This document shows, piece after piece, positions 61,540-64,000 of a stretch of DNA of 64,000 nt. Each line of letters starts with the position of its first letter. The stretch's first letter is position 1. Made by a program: the position numbers and the translations under genes. The notes under the pieces were generated by a model. That model was given only the letters and a program-made list of their open reading frames with translations. It ran no database searches and had not been told where the DNA came from. The DNA comes from Gammaproteobacteria bacterium (GTDB taxonomy: Bacteria > Pseudomonadota > Gammaproteobacteria > Eutrophobiales > Eutrophobiaceae), in assembly GCA_012103475.1 (NCBI GenBank), contig WLWS01000002.1, forward strand, positions 359,234 through 423,233, written 5' to 3'.

Positions 61540-62532
61540 ATGAAGCGTAGAGATTTCATTGCAGTGCTTGCCGCTGCGACCTGTGCCGGCATGCTGTCGC
61601 GTAATGCTGTAGCTGAAACTGTAAGCCGCAAATCGACAGCTTATCTGACCAGTCCTGTATTTTTACAACATCATATTTCGGCGGACCATCCTGAATCGCC
61701 TGAACGGATAAGAACTCTTCAGAATACAGTGCTGACTGCAGAATTATCACCTGGCTTAATACAACCCGCTTTTCAGTCACGCTCTGCAAAGTGGTTAAAT
61801 ATTATTCACAGTACAGAGCATATCGATTCCATTCAGACTAACTCGCCAGTAGCTTATAAAGTTGCTTCAGCAGCGGTTGATGCCTGTCTGGAGGCTGTCG
61901 ATCTGGTGATTGCCGGTAGAGTAAGAAACGCTTTTTGTGCAAGTCGGCCACCAGGACATCATGCCTTGAATACCGGTAGAGAAGAGGGCTTTTGTTATTT
62001 TAATCAAATTGCGATTGCCGCTCGCTACGCACAGAAATTATACAAGCTGGAAAAAGTGCTGATTGTTGACTGGGATTATCATCATGGGAATGCCACAGAA
62101 TTAGCATTTTACGATGACCCCAGCGTTCTTTTCTTCTCCAGTCATGATCGTTTCGCCTATCCTGGCACAGGAGCGCCAGATCGGAAAGGAGTAGATAGAG
62201 GCCTCGGTTACAATATAAATATTCATTTGCCCTGCGATACAGAGGACAGAGAAATAGTCGCGGTATATGAACAGACGCTGGTAACTGCCGCGAACAGCTT
62301 TAAGCCTGATCTTGTGCTTGTATCAGCTGGGTTTGATAGCCGTCGTGACGATCTTCTGGGTTGTTTCAAGGTAAGTGACAGTGGCTTTCAGTCTTTAACC
62401 AGGATTGTCATGCAGATAGCTGAAGATCATTGTGACGGACGTCTGGTTTCGATACTAGAAGGTGGCTACAACCTGCCCGGCAATGCGAGTGCAGCACTGG
62501 CGCATCTGACGACTTTATTGAATTCAAAATGA
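61540..62532 (+). CDS. histone-deacetylase-family amidohydrolase (acetylpolyamine/acetoin-utilisation type) with a Tat signal peptide
   Basis: KRRDFIAVLAAATCAG twin-arginine leader. HDAC-fold motifs include SRPPGHHA and DWDYHHGNAT. Confidence 0.7.
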   Translation: MKRRDFIAVLAAATCAGMLSRNAVAETVSRKSTAYLTSPVFLQHHISADHPESPERIRTLQNTVLTAELSPGLIQPAFQSRSAKWLNIIHSTEHIDSIQTNSPVAYKVASAAVDACLEAVDLVIAGRVRNAFCASRPPGHHALNTGREEGFCYFNQIAIAARYAQKLYKLEKVLIVDWDYHHGNATELAFYDDPSVLFFSSHDRFAYPGTGAPDRKGVDRGLGYNINIHLPCDTEDREIVAVYEQTLVTAANSFKPDLVLVSAGFDSRRDDLLGCFKVSDSGFQSLTRIVMQIAEDHCDGRLVSILEGGYNLPGNASAALAHLTTLLNSK

Positions 62533-63575
62533 GCTGGACAAATAACAGTAGCCTGAAGCATTTTAAAAAAATCACAGTTTGTGTTTTGAAAATAATATTG
62601 TTCAGCCAGTTGTTGCAGCCTGCTTACGCCGAAACAATCAGAATTGGTCTGGCCATGCCAAAAGAGTTGCAAGCTGCGGCTTACATAACCGGCATGTATG
62701 CCTTGTTTAAGGAGGAAGTGGAGCGTGCCAGTAATGGATCCCTGAAAGTACAGGTTTATTACGGTGGCGTGCTTGGCAGACCGGACGAACGTCTTAATCA
62801 AATGCGTAGAAATGTTATACAGATGAGTGATGCATCTGATGGCAATTACGCAACCATTCACCGCGACGTGCAAATATTTTCTATGCCCTATCTTTTCCCT
62901 TCTACAGGTATTGCTCACGAAATACTGGATGGCAGCCTGGGTTCGAAAGTAGCGGAAGATATTCGAATTAACACCGGTATCAGGGTTCTTGGCTGGTGGG
63001 AAACTGCCGGATTCAAACATTACAGTTCTAACAAGCCCATTGCCAGCCCCGCCGATATGCGAGGGCAGAAAATGCGAGTTATGAGTGCAGCTTTTTCAAT
63101 TCCAGTAACGGCAATGGGCGGAGCGGCAACACCTATACCAATGCCCGAATTATATATTTCACTGAAAACAGGTGTGGTAGACGGTCAGGATAATGCTGTC
63201 AGTGTTTTTAATATGTTAAAACTTTATGAGGTGCAAAAATATCTTGTATTGGACAAACATATCTATGGTTTTGGGCCTATGGGAATAAACGACGAGTTTT
63301 TTCAAACGCTCAGTCAGCAGGAGCAGAAAATCATTCTCGATGCTGGCAGGAAGGCAATACGCTGGAACAGGAAAAAATCGGCAGAGCTGGAAGCACGTGC
63401 ACTTGAGATTGCAGTGCACAAAGACGTAACAGTTATTAAAATATCAAATGAAAAAAGAAAGGAGTTTGCGGCAATTGCACAACCTAAAGCGATTGAGTGG
63501 TTGAAAAGTAATGTCGATAGTCCCGAGCTGGTTGACCGCTTGCTTCATGAAGTCAAAAGTCTGGAAATGAATTAG
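62529..63575 (+). CDS. TRAP transporter substrate-binding protein (DctP family)
   Basis: Signal peptide and a DctP-type periplasmic binding fold. Followed by a DctQ-like small permease. Confidence 0.75.
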   Translation: MSWTNNSSLKHFKKITVCVLKIILFSQLLQPAYAETIRIGLAMPKELQAAAYITGMYALFKEEVERASNGSLKVQVYYGGVLGRPDERLNQMRRNVIQMSDASDGNYATIHRDVQIFSMPYLFPSTGIAHEILDGSLGSKVAEDIRINTGIRVLGWWETAGFKHYSSNKPIASPADMRGQKMRVMSAAFSIPVTAMGGAATPIPMPELYISLKTGVVDGQDNAVSVFNMLKLYEVQKYLVLDKHIYGFGPMGINDEFFQTLSQQEQKIILDAGRKAIRWNRKKSAELEARALEIAVHKDVTVIKISNEKRKEFAAIAQPKAIEWLKSNVDSPELVDRLLHEVKSLEMN

Positions 63576-63577
63576 TT

Positions 63578-64000
63578 GTGCTGAGTATTCTGGAGAAATT
63601 GATAAGACATACTGGCGTGTTTTGTCTGGCTGTCTTGTTTCTTTTAATGCTTGTTCAAGTGATCTTGCGCTATGGCTTTGACTACACCCATTTTGCCACT
63701 GAGGAGCTCGGTCGTTATCTTCTGATTTGGGCTACTCTTGCGGGCATGGCGCTGGAAACACGGCAAAACACCCATATCAGAGTCAGTTTCATTGCCGAAA
63801 AACTACCGGAACGAGTACGTCGTTTCTGGCAACTTTTACTGGATGTAGCGTCACTGTTTGTTTTTGCTCTACTCATATACACAGGGATCGATTCGATGTT
63901 GTTTAATCACGGGCAGGAAAGTCCAGGCTTGCAAATACCACTTTCATTACCTTTTTCCGCGATACCGCTTTTCTTCTTCTTCGCACTGCTGTTCATGTGT
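63578..64000 (+). CDS. TRAP transporter small permease (DctQ family); 3' end runs off the window
   Basis: Open frame from GTG 63578 to the window end. It translates to a DctQ-like four-TM protein (LVQVILRYGFDYTHFATEELGRYLLIWATLAGMALETRQNTHIRV). Confidence 0.6.
   Translation, partial: MLSILEKLIRHTGVFCLAVLFLLMLVQVILRYGFDYTHFATEELGRYLLIWATLAGMALETRQNTHIRVSFIAEKLPERVRRFWQLLLDVASLFVFALLIYTGIDSMLFNHGQESPGLQIPLSLPFSAIPLFFFFALLFMC

Overview
This window looks like a gammaproteobacterial chromosome segment of roughly 45% GC with Pseudomonadales/Oceanospirillales-type gene order. Almost every coding region is a recognisable housekeeping gene. There are no tRNA or rRNA genes, no CRISPR array, no IS or transposon and no obvious prophage or defence island.

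Positions 1-11850 hold an accessory-looking catabolic region that encodes no regulator. It has two parts. The minus-strand part is a sugar-acid module: a partial KDG-kinase-like pfkB kinase, KDPG aldolase, a Gfo/Idh/MocA oxidoreductase, two SDRs, an MDR dehydrogenase and a VOC/glyoxalase. The plus-strand part is an operon I cannot assign to a known pathway: a ManD-like enolase, a CrtI-like FAD oxidoreductase, a carbon-nitrogen hydrolase, a small membrane ORF and a TPP-dependent enzyme. An 18-bp palindrome, TAGTTTA-N4-TAAACTA, occurs in both divergent promoter regions of this cluster.

The rest of the window runs xni, a secreted retropepsin-like protease, a type I-beta DAHP synthase, gluQ<-dksA, cysZ, smc-zipA-ligA, a GGDEF protein, rpoE-rseA-rseB-degP, lepA-lepB-rnc-era-recO, prfC, and rne divergent from rluC. 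After rluC come a HAD hydrolase, an S49 peptidase, maf, yceD-rpmF-plsX-fabH-fabD-fabG-acpP-fabF-pabC-mltG-tmk-holB-pilZ-tatD. The window ends with a second accessory-looking block: a PPOX-like flavoprotein, a DAO-type FAD oxidoreductase, a DUF2975+XRE pair, a translationally coupled class-V aminotransferase/M20 peptidase, an alpha/beta hydrolase, an NSS transporter, a Tat-exported HDAC-like amidohydrolase and a TRAP transporter.

The most unusual observations are these. The dksA gene carries an in-frame N-terminal extension of about 125 aa that is lysine/alanine-rich and resembles histone H1. The rluC gene appears disrupted by a 1-nt frameshift plus an in-frame TAA. The ManD/FAD-oxidoreductase/CN-hydrolase/TPP operon is not assignable. 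The shared operator-like palindrome has no cognate regulator in the window. I did not find evidence that compels a wholly new system such as a defence island, and none is claimed.
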